DNA from: Lama guanicoe
Lineage: Eukaryota
NCBI GenBank assembly: GCA_013239625.1
Contig: MU055549.1
Location: forward strand, 496,001-560,000
Length of the DNA stretch: 64,000 nt
Direction of reading: 5' to 3'
Under the pieces are notes generated by a model that saw only the letters and a program-made list of their open reading frames with translations, searched no databases and was not told where the DNA came from. The position numbers were made by a program, and so were the translations under genes. Position 1 is the stretch's first letter, and each line of letters opens with the position of its first letter. Below, one piece after another: positions 19,939 to 31,700 of this stretch.

Positions 19939-22900
19939 GGACAGCCCTGGGCCTGGAGGCAGCGCTGGCCAGGGCCTGACCCCGCCACCCTGCCCACCGG
20001 CAGGACGAGCCCTCCTTCCTGTGTAAGCTCCTGCTCCACCGCCAGACCCGGCCCTGCCCGCCAAGGCCCTGCCTGGTCAGCCCATCCCAGCAGCCTGGCT
20101 CAGACTGGCTTCCCCGCCCCCAGTCTCCTCCTGGCTGCCTCCCGCCTGGGGCTGGCCAACGCTTCTGACGTTCTAGCCAAAGCAATTTTACCAAATTAGG
20201 TGTGGTCAAAAGCAAGTTGCCCCACCTGGAAAATCTGTTAAAATAATGATTTGTTTGAAAATTCATGTCCCAAGTCACTGGTTTTCCTAGTTTCAGCCCT
20301 TTCAGCTCCCCGCAGGACAGGCTGCCACTTTACATCTTGAAACATTTCTCTCTCTCCTTTCGAAATATCCCTAAGCCTAGAAGTAATATGAATTTCAATT
20401 TCTGATCATTTCCTGCAAGTCCTTCTTGCTTGGAGCCGTTGGAATGGCAGAGGTTGGGAGCAATCTAAGCGCCTGACACCGGGGTGGGTCGGAGGAACAG
20501 ACGCCTGCCGGTGGTAGCTGGTCAGCAGCTCTCAGCAAGGAGGCGTGCAGGCCGCCGTTCATGGACGGTGGGCGTGACGGCGTGGAAGAGCTCGCGGTGC
20601 GTGCGGGTGCGTCGGAACAACTGAGCGCCGAGGGGCGCCCCTGGTGCCACGGCCGGGCCGGAGCTGAGTCTGGTCACCTTATTCTGCGTCCGTATTTTAG
20701 ACGTTATGTTACTGACCACGTATTGTTTTTGTAAAGACAAAGCTCAATAAAATCAGTTTAAACAATAAAAAATACGAAATTTTGATAGTTGTGATATTTA
20801 GGTTTTTTCAACTAACTCCTTAGTTTACAGTTATTGGATTTGCTGCCCACAATTTGCTCACATTACAAAGCAGGGCAAGACAAGTAAAATTAGTTACAGG
20901 TCAAAAAGTTCAAGAAATAAGGAAAAAACAAATACTATGATAAAAAAAACAAAAGTAGAGAAACCCTTGAATTTTGAAAAAAAAGATTACAACTTGTGAA
21001 CACAAAGTTTTTCAAAATCCCCACGTCACTCAAACAGGCATCCAGCAAAAGCAGTGAACAGACGCTCCTGCAGGGCAGGCCTGCTGGGGGGCTCGGGGAC
21101 GCGGTGACCAGCCTGGCCCCGCCCGGGGCCACGCGGGCGGTGAGAGGCGCCTGCGAGAGGCGTGGGGCCGGTGGCGGGTGGGGCACGCAGACCCAGCACA
21201 CGCGGGCGGGCCACGCTCCCCGCTCGGCCGGCACCCCCCACCCCCCGTCAACGGCAGGACATCACTGTGGCGCTGGCCTCGCCTGCACTTTGGCCCCCCG
21301 CCACCAGGCAGGCTCGTCCATCCCAGGAGTCTACGAGAGCTAAGATCCTCGTTCATTTCAAAACACAGTTCACAGACTCCAAGTACTTGGCCAGTACGTC
21401 CACACGCGCCACAGAGCGGCAGGCGAGGGGAGACCGAGGAGAGTGTGGGCGAGTGGGAGCGGATGGAGGCTCTGGGAAGCACACGCACTCCTCGGAGCGC
21501 AAGACTGGGGGTGGACTCCGCTCTGCCCGGCAGCCCTCGGGGCCTCGGCCGCCAGCAGCACCACCGTCCTGCCTGCCCAGCTCGTCACCCACCGGAGGCT
21601 CGTCACCAGCCAGGGAAGGAGACCCCGTGCCTCCCCATCCAGCGCCTGCCCTGAAGCCTCGTTCCTCCACCCCAGCGGGCACTCACACTCCGTCCGCCGG
21701 ACTGAGGTCTCGCCCAGCCCCAGTGTCCGCCCCACCCCTCGTGGGGCATAACTCCCTTGGCACCATTTCCCTCCTCCCGCTCCCCGTGCTCCAGCCCCCA
21801 TCCCACTGCCCATCAGCCCCGGGCCCCCGGGGCCTCCCGAGGGCTCCCACCTCCTCCCCCAGCCCAGCCACCTCAGAGCTGTGGGGGACAGGGCTGGGGG
21901 CAGAGGTTCCTGGCCCCGAGGGCAGCCCCTGTGGGCATCGCTGGTGACTAGGAAGCTGCCGTCAGCCTGCTCTGTCCATCTCGTCCAGGTGGGCAGAAGT
22001 TGTCCACACGGCAGGCTCCGGCCAGGGCGATCTTTCACCCCTGCACCATGCAGGAGCCCCACTGCGGGATGCCAGACGTGGGGGTCGTGGAGGGGAAGAA
22101 AGGCGGAGTGTCCTCCCACGGGCTCGGCCCCCACTCAGCCCAGCTCCCTGAGGTTGTGGGGCGCCAGTTGTGGAGACAGCATGGCAGGGAGGGGGCTTGG
22201 CCTAGGGACACCGAGGGAGGGCCAGGCCCGGGGCCCCAGCAGAGGGGAATGAGCCTCCCCAAACCTGACCACACGCCACCCAGTGCCTCCAGTTAGAGAT
22301 TCGGGGACACACTTGTCAAGGACAGACGGGCCGACCATGGAGAATGAGCCTCTCTCCCTGCTCAGCACCCCCCGGGAGCCCCGCCCAGGCCCACGGACCC
22401 AGGACCCCTGGGCTCACCCGGGCGTGCGGGCGCAGCTCTGCAGAAAGATTCTGTTTCCCACGCTGGGCCCCTGCACCGTGCACCGCCATCCTCAGTCACT
22501 TCTGCACCACTGATAAAGCCAGCCCTCCTAATCTCCAGTTTAATAAAAGGTTGCCGATTAAGCACTTTTTTCCAAAAGTGGCTTGGACTCAGTCGGATCC
22601 ACCAAGTCGAGACTTCACGTTGACTTTCAAACCCTCCTGCCAACATCGGTCTTTCCCTTTCAATCCTGGAAAATCCTGCCTTTCCCGAGAAAGTGCACCT
22701 TGGAGTCGCCAAGGAGGTGGCGAGAGGCAGTCTCTGCCCCTGAAGCGTTCCAGGGAAGAGGAGGGCAAAGGATGGAGTTCTTTTTAGCCCCGATGAGCTG
22801 GTGATGCGGGCGTGGCCATCACGAGACGGGGGGGGGGTCCAGGCTTCCTGAACTGTGACACGCTTGACGCAGAACCCAGAGGCCTCGAGACGGACTGTGC

Positions 22901-24824
22901 CCGGGTGCGACCGGGAGCCCAGACGCGGGAACAAATGACGGTGATTCTCTCACAAAAACGCACCAGGAGAGGAAGAGACACGAACCAGCACGGCTCAGGA
23001 CTTTCAGACCCTGCTTGAAAAAATAAAAGGTGAAATTACAAGATAATCTTGAAAATGTGAACACGGGCTAAACATCTGATTAAAGACAGGCATTTTCTTG
23101 CTGTTTCGGGGGTTGGTTGTGGCGCTGTGTCTGCACTTATCGAGCGTTCCTGGGCAGAATGGTGAGTTCTGGGGTTTGCTTCCCAGCTGCCTGTGCGGGG
23201 GGGACGGACGCGGCTGTGGTGACCGCACTGGCGGCCTGGGGGCTGGGCCGTGGCCCTTGCTCCAACACGACAGGTCGTGCGTGGGAGCCGCGAGTCTGTA
23301 AAGGCCCGGCGTCTACCTGGGCGCCTGCTCTGTGGGTAGGACCCCCGTGCCACCTGGGCTCCGACCCCCCTTCTCCTTGCCGTCACGTGGCCCTTTGCCA
23401 CCTGCTGAAACGTCCCGAGGTCTGCCACGCCATCTCAGCTTCAGCCCTGGTCCCAGATGCGCCTTGCGTCCCAGGCAGACCCGCAGTAGCTCTGGGCGGG
23501 CGGCGCACAGCCGCTCCTGACGCAGTGATGTGTGGGGGGCGGCAGTGGAGGGGGCGAGATGGACACCAGACAGAGGTAAAGATCACGCAGTTCCCGGAGC
23601 CAATCTCCCCGGCGAGTCGGTGGCCCCTGCGCACTGGTTGCCTGGGGAAGTCGGGAGGTAGAGACACCTGTTTCAAGCAGCTGTGTTTCCGTGCACTTGG
23701 CCGCTGGCTGCCGTCCTGCAGACGCCCTTGTCCTGGGACCCTGCGTGCGGGGGCGGGGGGCCCAGTGGGCAGGGCCTGAGGCTGTGTTGGGGAGAAGCCC
23801 TGTGACAGACGATGCCAAGCTGGAATGAAACTGAGAAGCTTGATGTGGGAATTCTGTGAGATGCTTGTGGCCCTTTAATTCTCAACGAGGCAAAACAGCT
23901 CATGTAAACCTGATGGTTCGCCTGGGAGCCGAGGCGAGGCTCTTGTGAGGACAGCAGGCTGGGCCCCGGGGCCCCGAGTCTCCCCCGGAGGCTGCTCCTG
24001 GACCTCCTGGCTCCTCAGCACCGCTGGCTGCTGGTCACAGTCCCTCGGCCAGCTGCCCCGGCACGGCCGCCCATCCCCACCCAGGCATATTCCTCGTCCT
24101 CACGGTACAGAGAGAGACAGACGGAGGGAGGGAGGGAGAGCTGCATGCTGGGCCCTGGGGAGGTCTCACGGGAGGGACCGCTGCACTGGGCGGTTGGGCA
24201 GGGGTTTGGGAGGAGGCCCTGGAAGCACTGACTCTCTTCCCGCCCCGCAGGCTGTGGCTGGTGTCCATGCCGAGTGAGCCTCAGAAGGCCTGGGCGCTCA
24301 GGCCCCTGGGCTCGGGCTTCCCAGAAACGTTTGCTCTGGTGGAGCTGGAGCCGCTGCCTCGGCCTGGGGGCTCTCAGGAGGGGAGTCCACCCATCTGTCC
24401 CCAGGCACCCCCGTCCAGGCGATATCAAGTCATGCATCCTCACTCAGTGACACGGACGCCTGTGCGATGTGTCTGCTCAGCGGTGATGGATGCCACAAAA
24501 ACAAACACCTGGATGTCACTGTGAGTGGTTTCCATGGAGATGCATTCACCCGGCAGGCGGTCCTCCCTTCTTGAAAGGGCTGAGCCTCCCTTAGAGACTG
24601 GGGTAGGGGGTCTCGGCGTGGATCTGGAGTGCGCAGAGCGAATGGAGGAACCGATGCTTTCCAAAGTTGCTCCGAGGGCTGGCCTGAGGCTCACTCAGCA
24701 CCTGCCACCTGCTGGAGGCTGAGGGGCCAGTCAGGAAGGCCCTGCTACTGGGGGAATGAGACGAGACTGCTGCTTAAGGCTCAGAGGGAGAGCAGTGAGC
24801 CTGGGGTAAGGGGACACTCATTCT

Positions 24825-24915
24825 GGCAGGCAGGAGCAAGCAGGTAGGGCTTCCTGGAGGAGGCAGCCTTCAAGCTGTGCCTTGAAGGATGAACAGGAGT
24901 CTGCTCAGTGGAGAG
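24825..24915. mobile_element. L2 LINE fragment
   Basis: gggcttcctggaggaggcagccttcaagctgtgccttgaaggatgaacaggagt is typical of L2. Confidence 0.6.
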
Positions 24916-27475
24916 AAACTGTGAAGCCAGGGCAGGGAGCAGGCGGGGCCAGCGTGTGTGCAGAGGGGCCCAGTCCGCTTGGGGTTGTGAGCAACGACAC
25001 AGCTGAGCTGCAGGCTGGCTCACCGGGCGCTTCAAGGGACAGTGGAAAGGGAATGTCCTTGGGGGCGAAGGAAGCTGCCAACATTCTGGGCAGAGGAGCG
25101 ACAGTCAGAGCTAGCCACCTGGAGAGGGACGGAGGCTGGAGCACAGCTGGACAATGAGGCCGCGGGAATGTCGGACGGGGCGGGGGCGAGTCTGATGTGG
25201 GTGGGGGCACGCAGCAGCCCTGGCTTCGGTTCCCTGGGGTCTTGGGCCAAGAAGGATCCCCTGAGGTTCTAGCAGCCCCTATTTCACCCCAGGAACAGCT
25301 CAGGCCCCAGGCCTTCTTCCCTCCCCTGCCAGCCTTCGCCCGCCCTCAGCCCCCATGGCTCCGGCCGAACAGGCCTCCTGGATCCCTGACGCTGGCCAAC
25401 CCCAGCCCGGATGCGCCCCCACCGGCAGCCAGAGGCAGAAGGGCCGGACATCTGCTGCGGCTTCTGCAGGTGCTCCCACGGCCACGACGGCCTTTTTGCC
25501 CACGGCAGCCTGTTCCTGCCACAGCAGCACAGCGCCTGCCACAGAGACCGTGTGTCCCACAAAGTTAGAAATAATTCTGGTGGCCTTTCCAGAAGCCATG
25601 CTCCAGCGGGTCCTGTGTGCTGGCCTCTCATCCCTCGACGCTCCCTCGTGCTCGCTGGGGTCTGGGCTGGACTCTGGGCTGGACTCCAGGATGGGCTCTG
25701 CTGAACCCTGAGGCCCAGTCCAGGGATTCAGCACTCAGCCCCAGGGTGGGCAGGCAGGGAATGGAATGCGGGCTTCCTGCTCTGACCACAGCCCCCAGCT
25801 GCTTGTCCGTCCAAAGCCTGGTCCTCGGTGGACGGCCTGACTCTCCTGCGCTGGTCTGGAGTGATTTAAACATCCTCTGGCAAATGCAGTTAAAATCGCC
25901 AAGGACGTTTCTCACTGCTCTAAGACAGTCTCAGACACACACCCATCTTCTCTCTCGTGGCTCAGCAAACAACTGGGGACGGTCATGTGGGGCAGGCAGT
26001 GGCCTGAACTCCAGGTTGGTGTGGACACACCAGCGTCCAGCCTCAGACCTCCCAGGACAGCCCACTGGCCGGCCACACGGCCCTGCCTCCTGCCCGTGTG
26101 CAGCCTGCAGGCTGGAGCAGGCCTGGGCCCCATGGAGGTCATGACCTTCTCTGCCCAGGGACGGGGACGCTGCCCAGCTTGAGGCGTGAAGGACGTGGTC
26201 GGAGCCTCCCCAGAGATCTCTCTGCCTCAGGACTGCACGGAGGCCAGGCGTAAACAAATGTGTTTATTTGTTTTGGTCGGAAACAGATGAGAAGGCACCC
26301 GAGGGCTCTGCAGTAATTAAAACCTCTCAAGAGACAGCTCCAACAGCGAGAGCACCCCTCCTGTCTCCTGGTGGAACCCGAGCCTGGTTTCAGAGGGGAG
26401 ACAGGAGGGTTATCATCGCTGTGAGCATGAAGTGCCCAGAACCCGCGGCCTCGGAGAGCTCAGGGGAGCAGCCAGGGCTCGGGGCCTGCGTGGACAGGCC
26501 GTGGGCCGGGCGTGGCTCCCCCCGTCAGGAGGAAGGCTTCTCTGAGCGTCCGGCGCTGCTGGGGCTGCAAGCAGGGGTGCCCTTGTCCAAGGGCAGGAGG
26601 TCCAGAATCCAGCTGCCGGGCTGTGAGTCCCAGGGTGCCCCTGGTGCCCCACCTGCGCTCAGCGTGGTCTCCCCTCCCTCTTCCCCCGATGGTCACTCCT
26701 GAGGCCAGCCCCAGAGGACAGGGACGACAGACAAGGCGGGGACAGGGAGCCCCGAGGCCGGATCTCCACCCAGACGTCCTGAAGTGCACCCCGGTGGGGG
26801 GCGAGGGGACGGGTGGCCCTGTGGGCAGGGCTCTCATCAGCTCTACATGGTCTAGGTGGCCTGTCCACCATGCTCCCACGTCCTCCCACCGGCCGGTCCC
26901 CTCGGCCGCACTCTGATCGCCACGCACTCGGTCCCTCTGCGCGGACTGTCCTCGTGTCTGAGTGTCCGCGAAGGTCTGTCTCCCGCACTCCCGCACCGGG
27001 CCGGCTCCAGCCACGCGAACCTCCACGCCCGCTGCCTGTGCCCAGCTTCCGCACGCAGGCCCAGTGATGACCACTTCTAGAAACACCACTCAACCTGTAG
27101 TTTCTCTGCGCAAAACCAGAATTTCCACGCTGTAGCTGAGGAACTCCCGGACACGTTTGTTTCTGTAAAACTGATTTGTGTATTTCTGACACGACTTTCC
27201 TCAGAAGGCGCTGATAAACGCTCTCCGTGGGGCGTTTGCCCGGGGCTGAGCTGCAGCTCCCCTCCGCACACCAGCTGTCGGCCGGCAGGCCGCTCGGCCG
27301 GTGCCGCCGGGAAAGCTTCCTTGCAGAGACTCGGGCGTGGCCTCTGGCCGAAGGTGACGGCATGAGCAACGTTCATTTTCGTCTCCTGGGTTTCATCATC
27401 GCTTGTAGCTGCTGTTTCCCTGCGGGGTTTGAGATACAGGTTTGCTTTGTTGTATTTCAGCTGATACTTGAGTTC

Positions 27476-27608
27476 TTTTTTAATTTAATTTTGGGGGAGA
27501 GTAATTAGGTTTCTATTCGTTTTATTTTTTTTAATGGAGGTATTGGGATTGAACCCAGGACCTTGTGCATGCTAAGCGTGCGCTCTACCAGTGAGCTACA
27601 CCCTCCCC
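27476..27608 (-). mobile_element. tRNA-derived SINE of camelid Vic-1 type
   Basis: Minus strand reads GGGGAGGGTGTAGCTCACTGGTAGAGCGCACGCTTAGCATGCACAAGGTCCTGGGTTCAATCCC (A and B boxes), followed by an A-rich tract and an AAACCTAATTACTCTCCCCC tail. Confidence 0.85.
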
Positions 27609-27849
27609 ACCTGGAATGCTTAAAGGACAATTTCCCTGTGAAGCAGATCAGCAAACACCCTCCCGGGTGGTCAGTATTCACGAAGCTGGAACAAGTTCCT
27701 GGAGGAGAGACGTGGTTCGTGCTAAAATGCTGTAGAAAAACTTCCTCTTTTTGAAAGGTGAAATCACCCTTGATTCCTGGCCACCTGCCTCCTTGTCCAC
27801 TCTCCAGCCATCTGTCTCTTCATTCTTCCTCTCTCTTGTCCAGTCCTGC

Positions 27850-28030
27850 CATCCATCCAGCCGCCTGCCCCTCCACCTGGCCCTCCATCTCTCCACTGAC
27901 CCACTCACCTGCCCATCCATCCCCCTGTTCACTCATCCACCCATCCACCTGTCCGACTATGCAACCACCTGCCCATCCATCTGTGCAACCGTCCATCCAC
28001 CCACGATTCACCCACCCACCACCCACCCTT
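27850..28030. repeat. Degenerate (CCAT/CCAC)n simple repeat
   Basis: ccatccatcc/ccacccatcc periodicity visible directly. Confidence 0.75.
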
Positions 28031-28189
28031 TAGGGCCCTGCTCCCCTGTGGCCCCAGAGCACACAGACAGCTGCACCTGAGTGTGCGAGCACAGCGAGCT
28101 GTGAGCCCACGGGGACGGCACTGAGGCTGACGAACGGGAGCGCGGGCGTGGCGGGATCGGGGCTTGGAAAGGGAATGGGGCTGGTGCAT

Positions 28190-28710
28190 GATGGGACAAA
28201 CACCGAAAATCAGTAGAAATCTAGCGCTTTGAACACCACGATTAACCAACTTGACCGAATTGACGTTGACTGACCACTGACCTCGGCAGAAGGTACAGCT
28301 GTTCCGAGGACACAGCCACCCACACAGAGAGCCGCAGCACCGGCGAGTCCCCACAAGCCCAGAGGTCTGAGCCACGCGGGATGTGGAGTCTGAGGACAGC
28401 AGAGCTCAAGCAGAAACACGGGGAAAGGCGACCAGAAAATCACCCAGCGCCTGGAACGGAGCCGCACGCTTTGAGATAGCGCATGGGTCAGAGAAGGGAA
28501 AACGAAACTTAGAAGGCATTTTGAATTAAACAACAATGAGAACAACGCACCCCCACACTTGGAGAACGCAGCGGAAGTTCTCAGACGGAAAAGTGTTGCT
28601 CTAAGCGCGCGAATTAGAAATGAAGCGAGGTAGAAGCCAGTGATCTTACCTTCCAGCCAAAGAAGCTGGGAATGCAGTAAATTCAAGCAGAGGAAGGTGA
28701 GATAAGGAGA
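28190..28710 (+). mobile_element. Ancient L1M ORF2 fragment (endonuclease and adjacent region)
   Basis: gaaaatcagtag...tgaacaccacgattaaccaacttgacc; ttagaaggcattttgaattaaacaacaatgagaac; ctaagcgcgcgaattagaaa. Confidence 0.75.
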
Positions 28711-31700
28711 AGCTGGGGGAGGGGAGGGGACCCGCACGTGGTCTTGCCCAACCGGCCAGCCCGACACGCGGCTTCTCAGGGACTTTGTGGAGAGTCCTGT
28801 CTGGCAGTGAGGGGAGGGGGCTCCTCTCTGGAAGCCTCTGGGCTGCCCAGTGCTCATCCCACCTGCCCACAGCTTTAAGCTTCACAGCCAGGCGCTCGGG
28901 ACGGGGTCTTGCATAGTGGGCGGTCTGGGACCCGTCCCGAAGCAGACAGGCGGGCCTGTGAGCGTGGACAGTGTGCAGGCGAGCGCTGGGCCGTGGGGGC
29001 GGCGGCGGGTGAAGGGGCACGTCAGGCTGAAGCCCCACCTGCTAGGCCTCAGCCTGTGGCTGCCTTGCCTTCCACCCCCGACGCCGTGCGGGCCGAGGGG
29101 CCTTGGGACACCAGACTGGGCGGTGTCCCACCAGGTCCAGCCTCCCTGAGAGGACGAGGTGGCGCCGCCAGCGCCAGGGAAGCACCTTGGGCGACGTCTT
29201 AGACCCTCACTTTTCCGGTTGACCCACTTGCGCTGGGAACCCTGCCACCTGACGGTCAGAGATGAAAAGCAAACAGTTGTTAACTTGAATTTCTCCTGAA
29301 GATGTATTGACTGGCAGAGAGCCGCTTCTCTCTCGTGGGAAGCCGGCTGGTGCGGAGGCTGCTCCGCCTCTGCTCTGACTCCCGCCCCGGCTCAGACGCA
29401 GGGCGGGCACCTTGTCAGCTCAGGGAGAGCGAAAGCCCCTCGTGCGGGGCTCTGGGCGCTGAGTTAGCGCGGCTGCCACGCTCCCTGCCCCCTGCGTTGA
29501 GACAGTGCCCTCGGAGGCCCAGGTGCGCCTGTCGGGGGGCCAGGCGGGGGCCACAGGCGTGCCTCTGAGGGCGCAGAGGCCCGGGCGCGCACCAGGCAGG
29601 TTGCGCCCTTCTTCAGCCCGAAGAGGCGGGAGGCCGTGCTTCTCTCTGAGCCAGAAAAGCTCCATCCCCGAAAGCGTCAGGAAGTCAGCGGGGCCCGGCC
29701 TGATCAGCCACAGACCCAGCCAAGGGAGAGCATGGCGCCCGCCATGGAGTCTCGCTGTCCTGGGCGTCTCCGCCCTTTCTCCCCTGTGCTTTGTCCCTGG
29801 GACGCCCTTGGGGACCAGGCCAGGCCCTCTCGAGGGAAACGTGTGATCCGGGTGAGCAGAGGACTCTGCCCAGGTGGCTTCTCCTTGTCTGTGGCCGTGC
29901 AGGTGACGTGGACCAAGTCAGGCTCTGCACCCGCCCGGATTTCCCTCTGTGAGGCGAGGCTCACACCAGGCACTTGGGACCTTGATGAGGAATAAGGACA
30001 CCTTTTGTCTGGAGTGACAGCCCCTTCTCCCCCACCCGGAGCTGCAGGGACGGGTGTGGCCTCTGCTCAGCGGGGGGCGGGCCAGACTGCAGTCTTGCTC
30101 TGAGACACAAGTTGACCGTGGCTCATCCCTCACGGTCGGCTCCTCGTTGGCTCCTGGGGGCTGTCTTTCCCTGTGGGGTCCCTGCCCCACCCTCCTCTCC
30201 GCCCCACCAGCCGCTGCCGGGCACCAGGCCTGCTGGGCACAGACCACTGCAGAGTGGCCACCACTGCGGATCCCTCTCCCTGACCTCCCCCTGTGTCTGA
30301 TGGCCTTGACGGGCCCCCCGCGCCCCCGCCCTGTGGATCCACACCTGCGTGCCCAACCTCAGCAGCTCCACGCGGACACTGGGGACCCGCAGCCGCTGGC
30401 CAACGAACTCCAGGTTGGCCGGGCCAAGCAGCCGTGCGGGCAGAAGGCTGCCCTTCAGAGAGTTTCAGCCTGAAGTGCCCTCCCCTTCCTCCAGGGTCTC
30501 AGAGTCTCCAAGTGATGTGTGCGGGGAGGGAAATTATTTCAGACAAGGTTTTTGTCAAGGTCGGTATCATTTATTACACTCTCTCCAAATGAGCTCTCTC
30601 AGCTGAAAGGCTTTTTGAGGACGTCCTGAGACTCAGGCTGGCCTTGTGCGCATACATTGCCGCAGCCCCGCCGTCACCCCCTGCTGCCCTCGCTGTCACT
30701 CAGACCCCTGTGGCGTGGACAAGCAGCTCACACTACCCCCATGTGTACAGCAGGTGGCTGCTCTCTGGTGTCAACGGTTCCTATGACCTTGGGCCCCTGG
30801 GCCTATGCCCTCAAGCCCCCTGGCTCCTGGACGGGTCACCAGGGCTACGAGGCAGTGCTCGGGCCGGTTCTGCTGAGCCCCGGCCTGTCTAATGACCTGC
30901 GTGCGGTCTGACTGGCCTCTGCCCTCAGACGCAGGGGCGAGGTGGGGACAGAGCTGGCCAGTCAGCCCACAGGTCCGAGCCCCAGCCAGGGGGATTGCTG
31001 TCTGTTCTGCTCATGGGAGCTCCGGACTCCTTACTCTTCAAAGAGTGCCTGACTTGGCCTGTGCCCTCCCTGAGGCCCCACGAAGGTTAGGAGGGCCACG
31101 GCCCCTCTTGTGGCTGGCCGTGGAAACCACGGCCCCTCTCACCCTGTGGTTGGAGCGCCCTCCTGCACCTGTGTGGCCAGGCCACCATTCGAGCCAGTTC
31201 TGTGGTGAGCAGACACTTGCTGCTCTTCCCAGCTGCTGGCACCCGGCTGTGCCTCCCGGGCCGGCACACAGGCCACGCCCACGGCCACACGTCAACCTCG
31301 CGTTGGTGGTACGCTCCCACATGGCCGCTGCCTCCTCTGTGGTCCCCGCCCTCCGGCCCTGTCCTGCCCATGTTGGGGGACAGTGTCCCTGTGACCTGGT
31401 GCCACACTGGGGGTTCCTGGGGCCCCTCCTGGGAACATCATGGAGGCACACAGTCTCGGTGGTCCCGGCTGGATGCGCACGGCTGTGTCGCCCCGTGTCC
31501 CTGGGTCAGGCAGCACCCTCCTGGGCAGGGACCCCTCAGCTTTCAGTGCAGCCTCTGCAGGCTCGCGTCCTCCCTGGCCTTGGGGGCACTGGGGCAGGTT
31601 CTCAGATGCTCCCTTCATGTGGGTGTGAGGACCCGCATGGAGCAGACGCAGTCTCTGGGCCCTCATCTCACCTACTCACCCGCGACCCTCACCACAAGAG

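Noticed and set aside
24702-24716. CTCF-like motifs (TGCCACCTGCTGG here, TGACACCTGGTGG near 6405)
   Set aside because: Such matches are frequent by chance in GC-rich DNA and have no independent support.
27536-27608. tRNA-Ala-like gene
   Set aside because: It has an imperfect acceptor stem and a SINE-type A-rich tail, so it is treated as a SINE.
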